From an uncultured Spirochaetota bacterium (GTDB taxonomy: Bacteria > Spirochaetota > Spirochaetia > SZUA-6 > Fen-1364), in assembly GCA_963734545.1 (NCBI GenBank), contig CAVTHO010000003.1, positions 192,001 to 256,000 on the forward strand: a DNA stretch of 64,000 bases, read 5' to 3'. Shown here one piece after another: positions 47,487 to 57,604 of this stretch. Below the pieces are notes generated by a model. The model had not been told where the DNA came from. It did not search any database and was given only the letters and a program-made list of their open reading frames with translations. The position numbers and the translations under genes were made by a program. Every line of letters begins with the position of its first letter. Position 1 is the stretch's first letter.

Positions 47487-50162
47487 ATGACCGCAACCCA
47501 TGCTCACTCCCGGCAGATCCCTTCAAGAGTTGCCCTGGCCGTGTCGCTCTTCCTCCTGACCCTCGGCCCCGGAGCCAGCGCCCGCGTGGACGCCCAGGTC
47601 CGCCCCGTGTCCAGCACGGGCGCGGCCGGCGTGCTGCAGCGGATCATGAAGCTGCAGACAACCGCGAGCGTCCTCGAGGTCGGCGCCCACCCCGACGACG
47701 AGGATTCGGCCTTCATGGCGCGCGCGGCGCTGGGCGACCATGCGCGCGCCGCCTATCTTTCCCTCACCCGCGGCGAGGGCGGGCAGAACGCGATAGGTCC
47801 CGAGCTCTTCGATGCGCTCGGAGTCATTCGGACCGAGGAGCTGCTCCAGGCACGCACGCTCGACGGCGGAGAACAGTTCTTCGCTCGTGCGTACGACTAC
47901 GGGTTCTCCAAGACGCGGGAAGAGGCATCGCGGCTGTGGGGGGACCGCGAGGTGCTCCGCGACATGGTCCGCGTCATTCGCCTGTTCCGCCCGCTGGTCA
48001 TCTATTCGATCTTCAGCGGAACCCCGGCGGACGGCCATGGGCACCATCAGCTTTCCGGCAGTCTGACACCGGTGGCATTTCACGCGGCGGCGGACCCCGC
48101 TCAATTTCCCGAGCAGGTTGCCGAGGGCCTGCGGCCCTGGCAGGCGAGAAAGCTGTACAGGAGCACCGGGTTCAGCGCTTTCGGCTTCGGCCCCGGGACA
48201 ACGGCGCGCATCGAGGTCGGCCAGGTCGACCCATTGCTGGGCCGCAGCTACGCCGAGATTGCCGCCGAGGGCCGCAGTCAGCACAAGACGCAGGCGATGG
48301 GCACGCCGGAGATGCGCGGGCCCCTCGAATCCGGTCTGGGCCTGATCGAGGCTACTGTGCAACCCCCCGCCGGTGAAACGAGCGTTTTCGATGGCATCGA
48401 TACCTCGCTCACCGGCCTGGCAGCGCTTGCCGGCCTGCCTCCGGGCGCGCTGCAGGGCGAGCTTGCTGCTCTGGACCGGGCTGTCCGCAAGTCGTTGTCC
48501 GATTACCGCCCGCTGGAGCCGGGCAGGGCAGTCCCGGCCCTTGCAGACGCCCTGGCAGCCATTCGCACCGCGCGCGTGTCGGTGAAGGCGCTTGCCGGTG
48601 CCTCCGAAGATTCCCGGGAAGAAGCGGACTTCCTGCTGGCCGCAAAAGAGCGCGACGCGGCATCGGCCCTGCAAGGGGCAGCGGGCGTCGTGATCGACGC
48701 CGTCTCCGACGTGGAGACTGCCGCGCCGGGAGAATCGTTTGGATGCACGGTGCGCGTTTTTCTTGCCCGGCCCACGGCAGCAGCCATCACTTCGGTGACC
48801 GTGCGGGCGCCGGACGGCTGGCGCGTGGCGCCTGTGCCGGGGCCCGTTGTCGGGTCTCTCCCCGAGATTGCCGATCGCGCGGAAACTTTTGCGCTCGCGG
48901 TCGCGCCCGATGCACCACCGACGCAGCCGTACTGGTTGCGCGCCGCCCGGGAAGGACAGCTCAATTCGTGGCCATCGGACGCGCCCCGGGGGTCGGCCTT
49001 CGAAGGCCCGCTTGCCACGGCGGTGGTGGGGCTGGAGATAAGCGGGGTGCCTGTCGCGCTCACCCAGCCGGTGCAATATCGACTGATCGACCCGGTGCGG
49101 GGAGAATTGCGCCGCAACGTGGAGATCGTGCCGGCCGTCACCCTTCTGCTGGATTCCCCGCTCGAGATCGTGCCGCTCGAAATGCGCGGAAAATCCAGGC
49201 GGGTGTCCGTGGTGCTGCAGGACAACTCGCAGGCTGCCGTGACGGGAGTCCTGAAGCTCGACCTGCCGAAGGGGTGGAAAGTCTCCCCTGCCGAATCGCC
49301 GTTCAGCCTGCAGCGGAAAGGGGAGCGCGTCACGCGTGTCTGCAATGTGACGCCGCCCCGTGATGCCGCTCCCGGGCGCTACCCGCTCACGGCCGTGGCC
49401 GTCTCCGGTGACCGGATCTTCGATCTCTCCCTGCGCGTTGTTTCCTATCCCCACATTCAGACGCACCGCATCTACACGCGGGCCAGCGGGCAGATCTGCG
49501 TCCTGGACCTGAAGGTGGCGCCGGTCAAGGTGGGCTACATCATGGGAACCGGTGATCAGGTGCCCGAGGCACTCCGGCGCATGGGCCTCGAGGTCACCCT
49601 GCTCGGAGAGGACTCACTCGCCGCAGGCGACCTCAATCGGTTCGACACGATCGTCGTGGGCATCAACGCGTCCGCCGCCCGGCCTGATTTCGCCGCTGCA
49701 CAGGCCCGAATGGACGAATACGTACGAAACGGCGGTACCGTGATCGTTCAGTACCAGCATGATGACTACGTCCGGCGGAACCTTCCGCCTTTCCCGGCGC
49801 AGATGGCCTCCCGCGTGACCGACGAAACGGCGGAGGTGAAGATACTCGTGCCTGATCACCCCGTGTTCATGAGGCCCAACCGCATCACCGCGGGGGATTT
49901 TTCCGGCTGGGTCCAGGAGCGCAACCTCTACGCGTTCCGCACATTCGACCCCCGCTACACGGCGCTGCTGGAATCCCACGATCCGGGTGAACCTCCGCAG
50001 CCTGGCGGTGAGGTCTACGCACGGCTGGGCAAAGGGCAATATGTCTACACGGCGTATGCCTGGTTCCGACAGCTGCCGGCCGGCGTCCCCGGTGCATACA
50101 GGTTGTTCGCGAATCTCGTGAGCCTGGGTGCGACGAAGCAGCGGGAACCCGGGTCGCGCTGA
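47487..50162 (+). CDS. Exported PIG-L family deacetylase with NEW3 and C-terminal GATase-like domains
   Basis: AHPDDED, TRGEGGQN, RTEELLQAR, HGHHQ, SQHKTQ, YPHI, GWVQER and RQLPAGVPGAYRLFANL motifs. Confidence 0.9.
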   Translation: MTATHAHSRQIPSRVALAVSLFLLTLGPGASARVDAQVRPVSSTGAAGVLQRIMKLQTTASVLEVGAHPDDEDSAFMARAALGDHARAAYLSLTRGEGGQNAIGPELFDALGVIRTEELLQARTLDGGEQFFARAYDYGFSKTREEASRLWGDREVLRDMVRVIRLFRPLVIYSIFSGTPADGHGHHQLSGSLTPVAFHAAADPAQFPEQVAEGLRPWQARKLYRSTGFSAFGFGPGTTARIEVGQVDPLLGRSYAEIAAEGRSQHKTQAMGTPEMRGPLESGLGLIEATVQPPAGETSVFDGIDTSLTGLAALAGLPPGALQGELAALDRAVRKSLSDYRPLEPGRAVPALADALAAIRTARVSVKALAGASEDSREEADFLLAAKERDAASALQGAAGVVIDAVSDVETAAPGESFGCTVRVFLARPTAAAITSVTVRAPDGWRVAPVPGPVVGSLPEIADRAETFALAVAPDAPPTQPYWLRAAREGQLNSWPSDAPRGSAFEGPLATAVVGLEISGVPVALTQPVQYRLIDPVRGELRRNVEIVPAVTLLLDSPLEIVPLEMRGKSRRVSVVLQDNSQAAVTGVLKLDLPKGWKVSPAESPFSLQRKGERVTRVCNVTPPRDAAPGRYPLTAVAVSGDRIFDLSLRVVSYPHIQTHRIYTRASGQICVLDLKVAPVKVGYIMGTGDQVPEALRRMGLEVTLLGEDSLAAGDLNRFDTIVVGINASAARPDFAAAQARMDEYVRNGGTVIVQYQHDDYVRRNLPPFPAQMASRVTDETAEVKILVPDHPVFMRPNRITAGDFSGWVQERNLYAFRTFDPRYTALLESHDPGEPPQPGGEVYARLGKGQYVYTAYAWFRQLPAGVPGAYRLFANLVSLGATKQREPGSR

Positions 50163-50242
50163 TGAAAAACGGGCTCAAGGCCGGTCCAGGACCTCGCGCA
50201 CCTTCTGCAGCGAGGCGGGGCAACATCGATGCGCGCCCCGTT

Positions 50243-51376
50243 TCAGGGATCAGGCCGGCTCTGCGATGATTTCGACCTCCGTGACCACGCCCCCCCGGTC
50301 CGTGGATCGGCGAACGGCGTGAACCCGGGCGCCGCGTACCTGCGGAGTGTGCGGGTGTATGTCCAGCCCATTGTCCGCCGCAGGGCAGGCGCATGCTCGG
50401 CCCCGGTTGCCGCTGCGTCCATGAGGAAGAACAGCAAAAGGTAGATGCCTCCATAGAGAATCACCGCCCCGCAGCAGGCCAGGGCCGCCGAGAGACCGGC
50501 GGCAAAGCTCCCGGTCCCGGACAGAAGCGCGTTGAGCAGCCCCGCGAGGGGCGTGAACGAGGCGACTGCAGCAGGGAGGGGCGCCACCGTGGCCAGGAGA
50601 AGCATGAGCAGGCGCGGGATCGATATCTGGATTGCGCGTACGGGACACGTGTTGAAGCAGCCGAGGCAGCACATGCAGTGCACGCCCCAGCGCGGACGAC
50701 CGCGCGCCAGGCGGATGGACGAACCGGGGCATGCTTTGACGCACAATCCGCATGAGGTGCAACTGCCGTCGGCGATGTACAGCTTGCCGCACTGCCAGGA
50801 CGCCAATCCGTTGAAGAAGATGCGGCCGACGAGGGTGAGGAGGCGCGCGCCGATGGGGAGGCGCCGTGGCGGAGAAGCGGCCGGCGCCTCGAGGCTCCGC
50901 GCGATCCTTCGCATGACCGTGTCACCCGCATCGATGACCTCTTTCGAGATCTTTTCGGTCAGGGCGTCTGCAAATATGGTCAGGTTTTCGGGATATCCGA
51001 CTCCTGCGGTGAAAGCTATGCGATAGCCTTTCCGTCTCAGGATGGATGCCGCCTGTTCTGCGGAAGCGGCCCCATAGCCCGAATGAGCTCCTCCCCTCAT
51101 GGAAAGCATGCCGTGATTCTCGATCACGGCCGCCCTGCCCTCGGTCACGCGCGGCAGGCGGCGGAGGCGCGAAAGAAGCGTGCGGGGCGGAGCAAAGGCA
51201 TAGACGGGAAAAAGGACCACCAGGACATCCAGGGGGGGAAGGGGATGCGCATCCAGCCTCCGCACGCGCCTGAGGAAGACACGGCCGCCGTGCTGCCTGA
51301 TTTCCGAGGCGAGCACCTCTGCCGCATGCGCCGTGTTCCCCGTCCCCGTAAAATACAGGATAACGTATGTTGACAT
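50243..51376 (-). CDS. EFR1-type flavodoxin-4Fe4S ferredoxin fusion with C-terminal membrane hairpin
   Basis: YFTGTGNT, FPVYAF, YPEN, CTSCGLCVKACP and CMCCLGCFNTCP motifs. Confidence 0.88.
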   Translation of the reverse strand: MSTYVILYFTGTGNTAHAAEVLASEIRQHGGRVFLRRVRRLDAHPLPPLDVLVVLFPVYAFAPPRTLLSRLRRLPRVTEGRAAVIENHGMLSMRGGAHSGYGAASAEQAASILRRKGYRIAFTAGVGYPENLTIFADALTEKISKEVIDAGDTVMRRIARSLEAPAASPPRRLPIGARLLTLVGRIFFNGLASWQCGKLYIADGSCTSCGLCVKACPGSSIRLARGRPRWGVHCMCCLGCFNTCPVRAIQISIPRLLMLLLATVAPLPAAVASFTPLAGLLNALLSGTGSFAAGLSAALACCGAVILYGGIYLLLFFLMDAAATGAEHAPALRRTMGWTYTRTLRRYAAPGFTPFADPRTGGAWSRRSKSSQSRPDP

Positions 51377-51384
51377 GTGACGTC

Positions 51385-51972
51385 CTAGGGCCCCATGCCG
51401 CGCCAGAATACGCCGAGGCAGTCTCCGACGATCCTGCGGGCATTCACCCCGGGGCAGAAGGCGAGTGTCATCCCCAGGCCCATGACGAGCTGGTAGAAAG
51501 CCATCGAGACACTCTCCGCGTTCTGGCGCTTCAGCTCTCCGCTCCTCATGCAATTCTGAAAGAAGCGGGTGAGACGTTTCACGAACTCCATTTCCACCTC
51601 CATGGTCTTCCGGGCGATCTCCTTCTTCATAAAGGCAGGGGGCATCGTGGAAACCCTGAACCAGAAGCTCATGGCGTCCGTGTTCGTGAAATAGCCCGCG
51701 TATGCAAGGAGGAGGGAAGCGAGACGGTCCTTCAGGGCAGCGGGCGGGCCGGCGGGATCCATGATCCGCGCAAGATGGCGCGTGTACTCGTCCAGAACGG
51801 ATTCGAAGACCTCGCGAAAGATCGCTTCCTTGCCGCGGAAGTGGGCATAGAGTGAAGCCTTCCGAATGCCGACCTGCCGGGCGATGTTCTCCATGCTGGC
51901 CGCATCGAACCCGTCTCGGGAAAAGAGAACGCGTGCCTTCTCGAGGATGCGTGCCCGTGTTGCCTTCGCCAT
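51385..51972 (-). CDS. TetR/AcrR family regulator
   Basis: TRARILEKARVLFSRDGFDAASMENIARQVGIRKASLYAHFRGKE. Confidence 0.95.
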   Translation of the reverse strand: MAKATRARILEKARVLFSRDGFDAASMENIARQVGIRKASLYAHFRGKEAIFREVFESVLDEYTRHLARIMDPAGPPAALKDRLASLLLAYAGYFTNTDAMSFWFRVSTMPPAFMKKEIARKTMEVEMEFVKRLTRFFQNCMRSGELKRQNAESVSMAFYQLVMGLGMTLAFCPGVNARRIVGDCLGVFWRGMGP

Positions 51973-51985
51973 CGAGATCTTCCTA

Positions 51986-52030
51986 CCTACCGTTCGGTAG
52001 GAACATATCACGGGGCGGTCCCCCTGTCAA
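51986..52030 (-). promoter_or_regulatory. Sigma70 promoter and TetR operator
   Basis: Minus strand TTGACA (52030-52025), N17, TG-n-TATGTT (52007-52002); palindrome CCTACCG-TT-CGGTAGG at 51986-52001. Confidence 0.75.
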
Positions 52031-52089
52031 GCTGCGCTTGCCGGAGGCGGCGCAATTGCCCATGATAAGGGGGAGGAGACAGGCCGAAG

Positions 52090-52470
52090 ATGATTGCCCA
52101 CGTCGCATTTCTGGTGAGAGACTACGATGAGGCCGTCACCTGGTTCACGGAGAAACTGGGCTTTACGCTTGTCGAGGACACGGTGACGGGCGCGGGCAAG
52201 CGCTGGGTTCTTGTCGCGCCGCCCGGCGCTTCCGGCACCTCGCTTCTCCTTGCCCGGGCAGCGACCGAAGAACAGGTGCGCCTCGTAGGAAATCAATCCG
52301 CCGGCCGCGTGTTCCTTTTCCTTCGCACGGAGGACTTCCCGCGTGAATACGCACGCATGCGCGCGCGGGGGGTCGTGTTTCTGGAGAACCCGCGTGCAGA
52401 AGCCTATGGCACCGTGGCGGTTTTTCAGGACCTCTACGGCAACAAGTGGGACCTGCTGGGCCCGAAATAG
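52090..52470 (+). CDS. VOC/glyoxalase family protein
   Basis: IAHVAFLVRDYDEA..WFTEKLGF, RWVLVAP and EAYGTVAVFQDLYGNKWDL motifs; GGAGG RBS. Confidence 0.93.
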   Translation: MIAHVAFLVRDYDEAVTWFTEKLGFTLVEDTVTGAGKRWVLVAPPGASGTSLLLARAATEEQVRLVGNQSAGRVFLFLRTEDFPREYARMRARGVVFLENPRAEAYGTVAVFQDLYGNKWDLLGPK

Positions 52471-52549
52471 CGCAGGGCGCCGCGTGCAGCGCCTGTCGTG
52501 CGCGCCGGGCCGCGGCTGTCCCGACAAGGAACGCCGTGGCCCGCGCTGT

Positions 52550-54241
52550 TTACCTCAGACCCGCCGTCACCAGATCTATGGCCTGCCTCGGGAGGTAGAC
52601 CTTGTCCAGCTTCTCTGCAAGAACCACGATCCCCTCCAGGGGAATGGTTTTGTCATTCATGATGAGGAGGTTCTTGGACAGCGGAAGGGTGGCCCGCGCG
52701 GAGCCCTTCCGAACCACGAGAACCGGGTTCGCGGGGTCTGTCCGGTCGAGTGACGTCTCGAAACCCGCGGCCGAGAAACCCGCGGCCGCTTCCACGAACA
52801 GCCGCGCATTGAGATCATCGAAATTGAATCCCAGCGCCGCGGCCACGTGTCGTCCGACTTCAGTGTTCTGAACCAGCCCCGTGGGCCGCCCGGGTCCGTA
52901 CGCGAACAGGAATACATCGACACCGGTGTGCCCGCCCGTGGTCCACCCGATACGGGCCCGCTTCGAGAGTATCGGACCCACAACGCCGCTCATGGCACCC
53001 TTGGCCGCCGCGGCATCCTGGATGGCTTTGAGCTCCGGGGCGGACAGGTCTTCGATGCCGCACTCCTCGGCGATCACCGTCCTGATCCGCGGCTCGGAAG
53101 AGTCGCCCGCGAGGACCTTCTCAATTCCTTCGCCGGTCAATTTCACCCTGCGCATGGGTACCACGAGGGAGTCGTCGTCCGTCTGGGAATAGTTCTTGTC
53201 CTCTTTCGTGCCAACGGAAATGCCGCCCGTTCCATGGTCCGCCACCACGATGACGAGGGTATTCCTGTCCCTCCTTGCGAAATCGAGGGCGACACGTACC
53301 GCATCATCGAACGCCAGCAGATCGTACACCTCGCCTGCCGGGTCGTTCGCATGGGCGGCCCAGTCCACCTTGGATCCCTCCACGAAGAGGAAGAAGCCCC
53401 TGTCTTTTCCTTTTTCTCCCGCGGAGAGGAGCTCGATTGCCTTTGCGGTCATTTCGGAAAGAGACGGCTCCCGGGGGGCCAGCCGGGCCCGGTCCCGCTC
53501 GAAGGCCATTGCATCAGGCGCGAATCCCCCCCAGACGCGCCCGGAAGAGACAGATGTCAGCTCGTCCCGTGTGGTGATGTACGTGTAGCCGTTCGCCTTC
53601 AGCACGTCCAGCAGGTTCTCCCCGTCGGTCCTCTTCCCGCCGCTCACTTCTTTCGGAATGAGGTATTGAGACCCTCCCGACAGCACGACATCCATGCCTT
53701 GATAGACCTGCTGTTCTCCGAGCTCATTGTAATTGTTCCGATCCTGCCAATGGGAGGAGAATGCGGCCGGTGTTGCGTGCTGAACGTTGGAGGTGGCAAT
53801 CAGTCCGACCGCGCGTCCGGTGAGCTTCGCGCCTTCCAGCAGCGTCGCAAGAGGGACATATTTGTCTGTGAGGTCGGACCTTGCGGCGTCTATCGTCACG
53901 TTCCACGGCCCGACTGAAATCCCCTTGTCCGATCCCTTGTGCCCGGTTGCATAGGCAGTTGCGCCCGGGGCGGAGTCCGTGATGATCGAGTCCGCGCCAT
54001 AGGTCCTCACTGCCCCGGTGAGGATCGTGTCCACCGCCAGGGGGGCCCCTTTCACCCAGCGGACCGCTGCCCACGCTTCGGGCCCGGTCCCGTCGGTGAG
54101 AAGGAAGATGACATTCTTGACCTTTTGCGCGGCCGCCGGGCTGTCCCTGTCACTCCCCGCCTGAGGAGCAGTGGCACAGCTCCCCAGAAGAAGGGTCATG
54201 ACGACGAACAGCGCGATGAAACCGATATTCCGCTTCTTCAT
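52550..54241 (-). CDS. Alkaline phosphatase (PhoA-type) lipoprotein
   Basis: Lipobox LLGS-C; NVIFLLTDG, ITDSAPGATA, HATPA, FVEGSKVDWAAHAND, ADHGTGG and HTGVDV motifs. Confidence 0.95.
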   Translation of the reverse strand: MKKRNIGFIALFVVMTLLLGSCATAPQAGSDRDSPAAAQKVKNVIFLLTDGTGPEAWAAVRWVKGAPLAVDTILTGAVRTYGADSIITDSAPGATAYATGHKGSDKGISVGPWNVTIDAARSDLTDKYVPLATLLEGAKLTGRAVGLIATSNVQHATPAAFSSHWQDRNNYNELGEQQVYQGMDVVLSGGSQYLIPKEVSGGKRTDGENLLDVLKANGYTYITTRDELTSVSSGRVWGGFAPDAMAFERDRARLAPREPSLSEMTAKAIELLSAGEKGKDRGFFLFVEGSKVDWAAHANDPAGEVYDLLAFDDAVRVALDFARRDRNTLVIVVADHGTGGISVGTKEDKNYSQTDDDSLVVPMRRVKLTGEGIEKVLAGDSSEPRIRTVIAEECGIEDLSAPELKAIQDAAAAKGAMSGVVGPILSKRARIGWTTGGHTGVDVFLFAYGPGRPTGLVQNTEVGRHVAAALGFNFDDLNARLFVEAAAGFSAAGFETSLDRTDPANPVLVVRKGSARATLPLSKNLLIMNDKTIPLEGIVVLAEKLDKVYLPRQAIDLVTAGLR

Positions 54242-54358
54242 GGATACCTCCTTCTCAATGAGACGTTATGAGGAAGATCGTATCATCCGCCGCGCGGGAC
54301 GTCAAACTTTTTCCATACCGGGCCGGGGAATCTCAGCGCGCATGAATTGCCGGCCGTC

Positions 54359-55078
54359 TCACGGGAGCGCCCGGCGCATGCGATAAGCGTTCATCGCCGT
54401 GGCGCCGAGCCTGTCCGTGAATCGGTAGTTCACGACGGCTCCCACGGCCGCGCCGATCCCCGGCACGAGCTGGAGGAGCTTGGCGACATCGATCGAGTCC
54501 CGGTACTCCTGCTGGAATGTGCGCCAGTCGAAATCGGCGATGGTGAAGCCGACGCGCTGTTTCCCGCTTTCCCGATCCGACAGGAGAGCGAACACCTCTC
54601 TCCGATGCGCCGGGTGGGAGAATGCGAGCTCGAATACGCGCAGGATGAAGATCCGCTCGCTCTGCTCATCCACGTCACAGCCGTAAAGCGATGCGATCTC
54701 GAACAGCATTTTGATCTTCAGCGTCAGCCACAGAGAGAAATCGGCAAGACCGAGGAGGATTCCGCCCCCTCCGGTCACGGCGCCTTCCGCGGCGGCCGCC
54801 GTCCGATAGAACTCGATCCTCCTGCGCACCCTGAGCTCCCGCTCCTCCAGGTCGGCACTCTCGAGCCGCTCGGCGGTGGTGATGCCGGCGCCCGTGAGCA
54901 CGGCGCGCGTCATTTCCCTGACAGCGGCCGTGATGACCTGGTGCACCTTGTCGGGAATTGCCCGGTTGATGCGAAGCTGCAGCCTCCTGATCAGCAGGCT
55001 TCCGAATGAGGGCGCGCGCTGCATCCGCCGCTTCCATGATTCGAGTTCTTCCCCGGCCGCCTGCTCATAGGACGTCAT
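54359..55078 (-). CDS. EcsC family protein
   Basis: AAEGAVTGGGGILLGLADF, IASLYG, FQQEYRDSID and QLVPGIGAAVGA motifs. Confidence 0.88.
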   Translation of the reverse strand: MTSYEQAAGEELESWKRRMQRAPSFGSLLIRRLQLRINRAIPDKVHQVITAAVREMTRAVLTGAGITTAERLESADLEERELRVRRRIEFYRTAAAAEGAVTGGGGILLGLADFSLWLTLKIKMLFEIASLYGCDVDEQSERIFILRVFELAFSHPAHRREVFALLSDRESGKQRVGFTIADFDWRTFQQEYRDSIDVAKLLQLVPGIGAAVGAVVNYRFTDRLGATAMNAYRMRRALP

Positions 55079-55144
55079 TTCATTGACGATTGTGCAACCG
55101 CGGCGGGCGCAAGGTGAAGCCGCGCCTGCAGGCTCCCCTTTCGC

Positions 55145-57427
55145 CTATTCGATTTCCAGAATGAAAAGAGCGTGGTGACCCTCTTTGTCGTCATTCCATT
55201 TCAATGGGTTTCGAAGGTATCGATTTCTGCTGTCCTGCCAGATCAGGGCATAATCCTCAACGCCACCGGCATTGTCAGGCTGATTCACATCCCAATAGGT
55301 AAAATCCGATTTCTCGCCCGTTACCCACTTCCACCCCCGATTCTCATCGGTAAATCCGATCCAGATGTCATCCAGAATGTTTTTCGGTTTTATCGCCTGC
55401 ATCAATGCCTTGTTTTCGGAATCCGAAGTGATGGTGACGAGATGCCCGCCGTTTTTTGCACAGAGGGAAAAGGCGTCTTTCCATGCGAGGCTGCTTTTCG
55501 AAAGGAAGTATTGATGCCCTTCGAAAGCGGCCAGAAAAACAAACTGATCTTCCGGCAATTTGATTTTCTGTATGGGTTCAACAAGCGGCGCACTGCCGGC
55601 CGCCGCGGCTGCCGGGGCTGGAGGTATGAGATCATTCTCCGCGAAGGTGAAAGAGCCAACTTCAGTTTTCCGCAGGTCATTGAAGATATTCGCGTTGCCC
55701 GTCGACTTCTCCCGCGAAGAAGAGCTTGTTGTCGTCCACCCGTATGCTCTCCAGAGCCTCGTGGGCCCCAGGTCGCCAAGACGGCTCTTGATCAAGGCGA
55801 ATGGAACGGCTATTTCAACGGAAGACCCTTTCATGACATATTGTTCCATAATTTCTATTGTCCGAAAGACTGTCTTCTCCCAGACACCAATGAGAACTTG
55901 CCACTTATAGGGGTGACGATCCCAATGCAGTATCCCCACGGAAACATTGTGTTGGCTCTCGCCGGTGTCTATGCTGATGCCGTAGAACGGATTGCCAGGG
56001 TTTTCACTGAAATTGTGAGCATGAAGAAAGGAGCTTGGAGTTTTGTCCGCAATATCAAGCTTGATGCAGAAGCTTTCTGCATCGACAGCCACGCATACCT
56101 TGCTGATGCTCATTTTGTCTGTCGCATCCTGAGAGCCGACTGCTACGGGAGGGACATTCCCCCAATCATCGAAATTCCCATCGATCTTGATCGACGCTTT
56201 GGGCAATGGGGCCCCATTCAGCAGGCTTGAGGGCGGCAGCGTGTTCTTCGCGGCCGCAACAGAAGGAGTCTGACCGGCTTCCGTAGGGAGGTTCTTCGAA
56301 ACCGCTTTTGCGGAACGGCTGAATTCCACGGCTGATGTTTTTCCCATCTTGATCGCGACGGTCTGAGCTGCTTTTTCGCCATCCTCATAGAGCATGACCA
56401 TTTCATGAGGCCCCGCAGCGAGGTTTTCTATTGTCGCGAAAGACCCCACGGGAACCTGCCCCTGCGAGATCCCATCCAGGAACAGCGTCCCGATTGCGTC
56501 GGTCTCCACGGTGGCCGTTCCATATGCCTTTGACACCTTCACTTTGGGGGAGAGCCCTTCTTCACCGGAGGGGTTCTTCGCCGCCAATGCGTGACCGCCA
56601 TCGCTCCTCAGAAACAAGAGGAAGCTCGATCCTTCCTGGTGACCTGAATCTTTCAGGTCCCCGAACAGAGGGGTGGTTTTTGTCACGCCCAGCCGAATCT
56701 GGTTGTAGAGCATGAGCGGGTCCAGATAGGGAGAAGTGTTCCCCTCGAGGGCAAGCTTGAGCTGGCGGATGAAGGGGGACTCGTCGGGAACGGACTCGGA
56801 GGATCCTGAAGTGAGCACCTGCCGCGAGATTCTGGCATATGCATTCTTGAAATACTCGTTTGTGATCGCAGGGGCCATCCCGCGAGTCGGATTCAGGAAA
56901 TCTCCCGAGAAACACGCATCAGCGATCAGCGCGACATGACGGGCCTTCATGTTGCCGATGAACCCTCGAATCTGTGCGTTGGGAAGCCAGTTCGCCTGCG
57001 CGTAGACGTCCGTGCCTCCATCGACAGGGATCCAGAAGCCGGTATTGGACGTTCTGTCCAGCTGCCCGTGTCCCGCGTAGAATATCAGGATGGAATCTTC
57101 AGGCCGCGTGTCTTTGATCAGCCTGTCAAAAAGCTTGATGATGCCGGCTTTTGTCGCCGCTCCGTCATAGAGTTCCATGAAGTCGCTGACGTAGTATCTT
57201 CGGAAAAGGATGTCCTTGATTTCTTTCGCATCCTTGACGGGATTCCGAAGGGCCATCCACGAATCATACTTGTCGATGGCGATCAGCACCGCATACTGCC
57301 TCCCCACAACCGCCGTTTCGCCTTCGAGCTGGCTCACCACGGTTTTCAGGCCGCGAAGATCCGTGTTTTGAGCGAAGAGGGGGAGAGCCAGGAGCGGAAG
57401 GAAGACAAGGGAAAACGATTTTTTCAT
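55145..57427 (-). CDS. Secreted caspase-family (C14) protease with PEGA-like, DOMON/CBM9-like and C-type lectin domains
   Basis: Signal peptide; YAGHG and DACFSG dyad; IKIDGNFDDW; CTLD motifs GGHLVTITS..WIGF..WKW..QPDN..WND. Confidence 0.85.
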   Translation of the reverse strand: MKKSFSLVFLPLLALPLFAQNTDLRGLKTVVSQLEGETAVVGRQYAVLIAIDKYDSWMALRNPVKDAKEIKDILFRRYYVSDFMELYDGAATKAGIIKLFDRLIKDTRPEDSILIFYAGHGQLDRTSNTGFWIPVDGGTDVYAQANWLPNAQIRGFIGNMKARHVALIADACFSGDFLNPTRGMAPAITNEYFKNAYARISRQVLTSGSSESVPDESPFIRQLKLALEGNTSPYLDPLMLYNQIRLGVTKTTPLFGDLKDSGHQEGSSFLLFLRSDGGHALAAKNPSGEEGLSPKVKVSKAYGTATVETDAIGTLFLDGISQGQVPVGSFATIENLAAGPHEMVMLYEDGEKAAQTVAIKMGKTSAVEFSRSAKAVSKNLPTEAGQTPSVAAAKNTLPPSSLLNGAPLPKASIKIDGNFDDWGNVPPVAVGSQDATDKMSISKVCVAVDAESFCIKLDIADKTPSSFLHAHNFSENPGNPFYGISIDTGESQHNVSVGILHWDRHPYKWQVLIGVWEKTVFRTIEIMEQYVMKGSSVEIAVPFALIKSRLGDLGPTRLWRAYGWTTTSSSSREKSTGNANIFNDLRKTEVGSFTFAENDLIPPAPAAAAAGSAPLVEPIQKIKLPEDQFVFLAAFEGHQYFLSKSSLAWKDAFSLCAKNGGHLVTITSDSENKALMQAIKPKNILDDIWIGFTDENRGWKWVTGEKSDFTYWDVNQPDNAGGVEDYALIWQDSRNRYLRNPLKWNDDKEGHHALFILEIE

Positions 57428-57604
57428 GGTCGAGCCCCTGCGGCACGAGAGGTGCCCTCAGAATTCCGTGCGGTCTGGTTTTATATTCCTGTTTCAGTTG
57501 CCATGCTATTGGCACAAACAACTATTGTCAATGGTTCGCGTGCCGATCGCACCCTTCATGGAATCGTGGACCGGCGCGCTCACCAGAGCACCGTCTCCGG
57601 GCGC

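Noticed and set aside
55076-55094. CACAAT followed by an ATG-AAA-TGA mini-ORF overlapping the EcsC start
   Set aside because: The -10 match is weak and the spacing is 5 nt; a single instance could be chance.
55145-55600. C-type lectin as a diversity-generating retroelement target
   Set aside because: No reverse transcriptase and no template/variable repeat pair is visible in the window.
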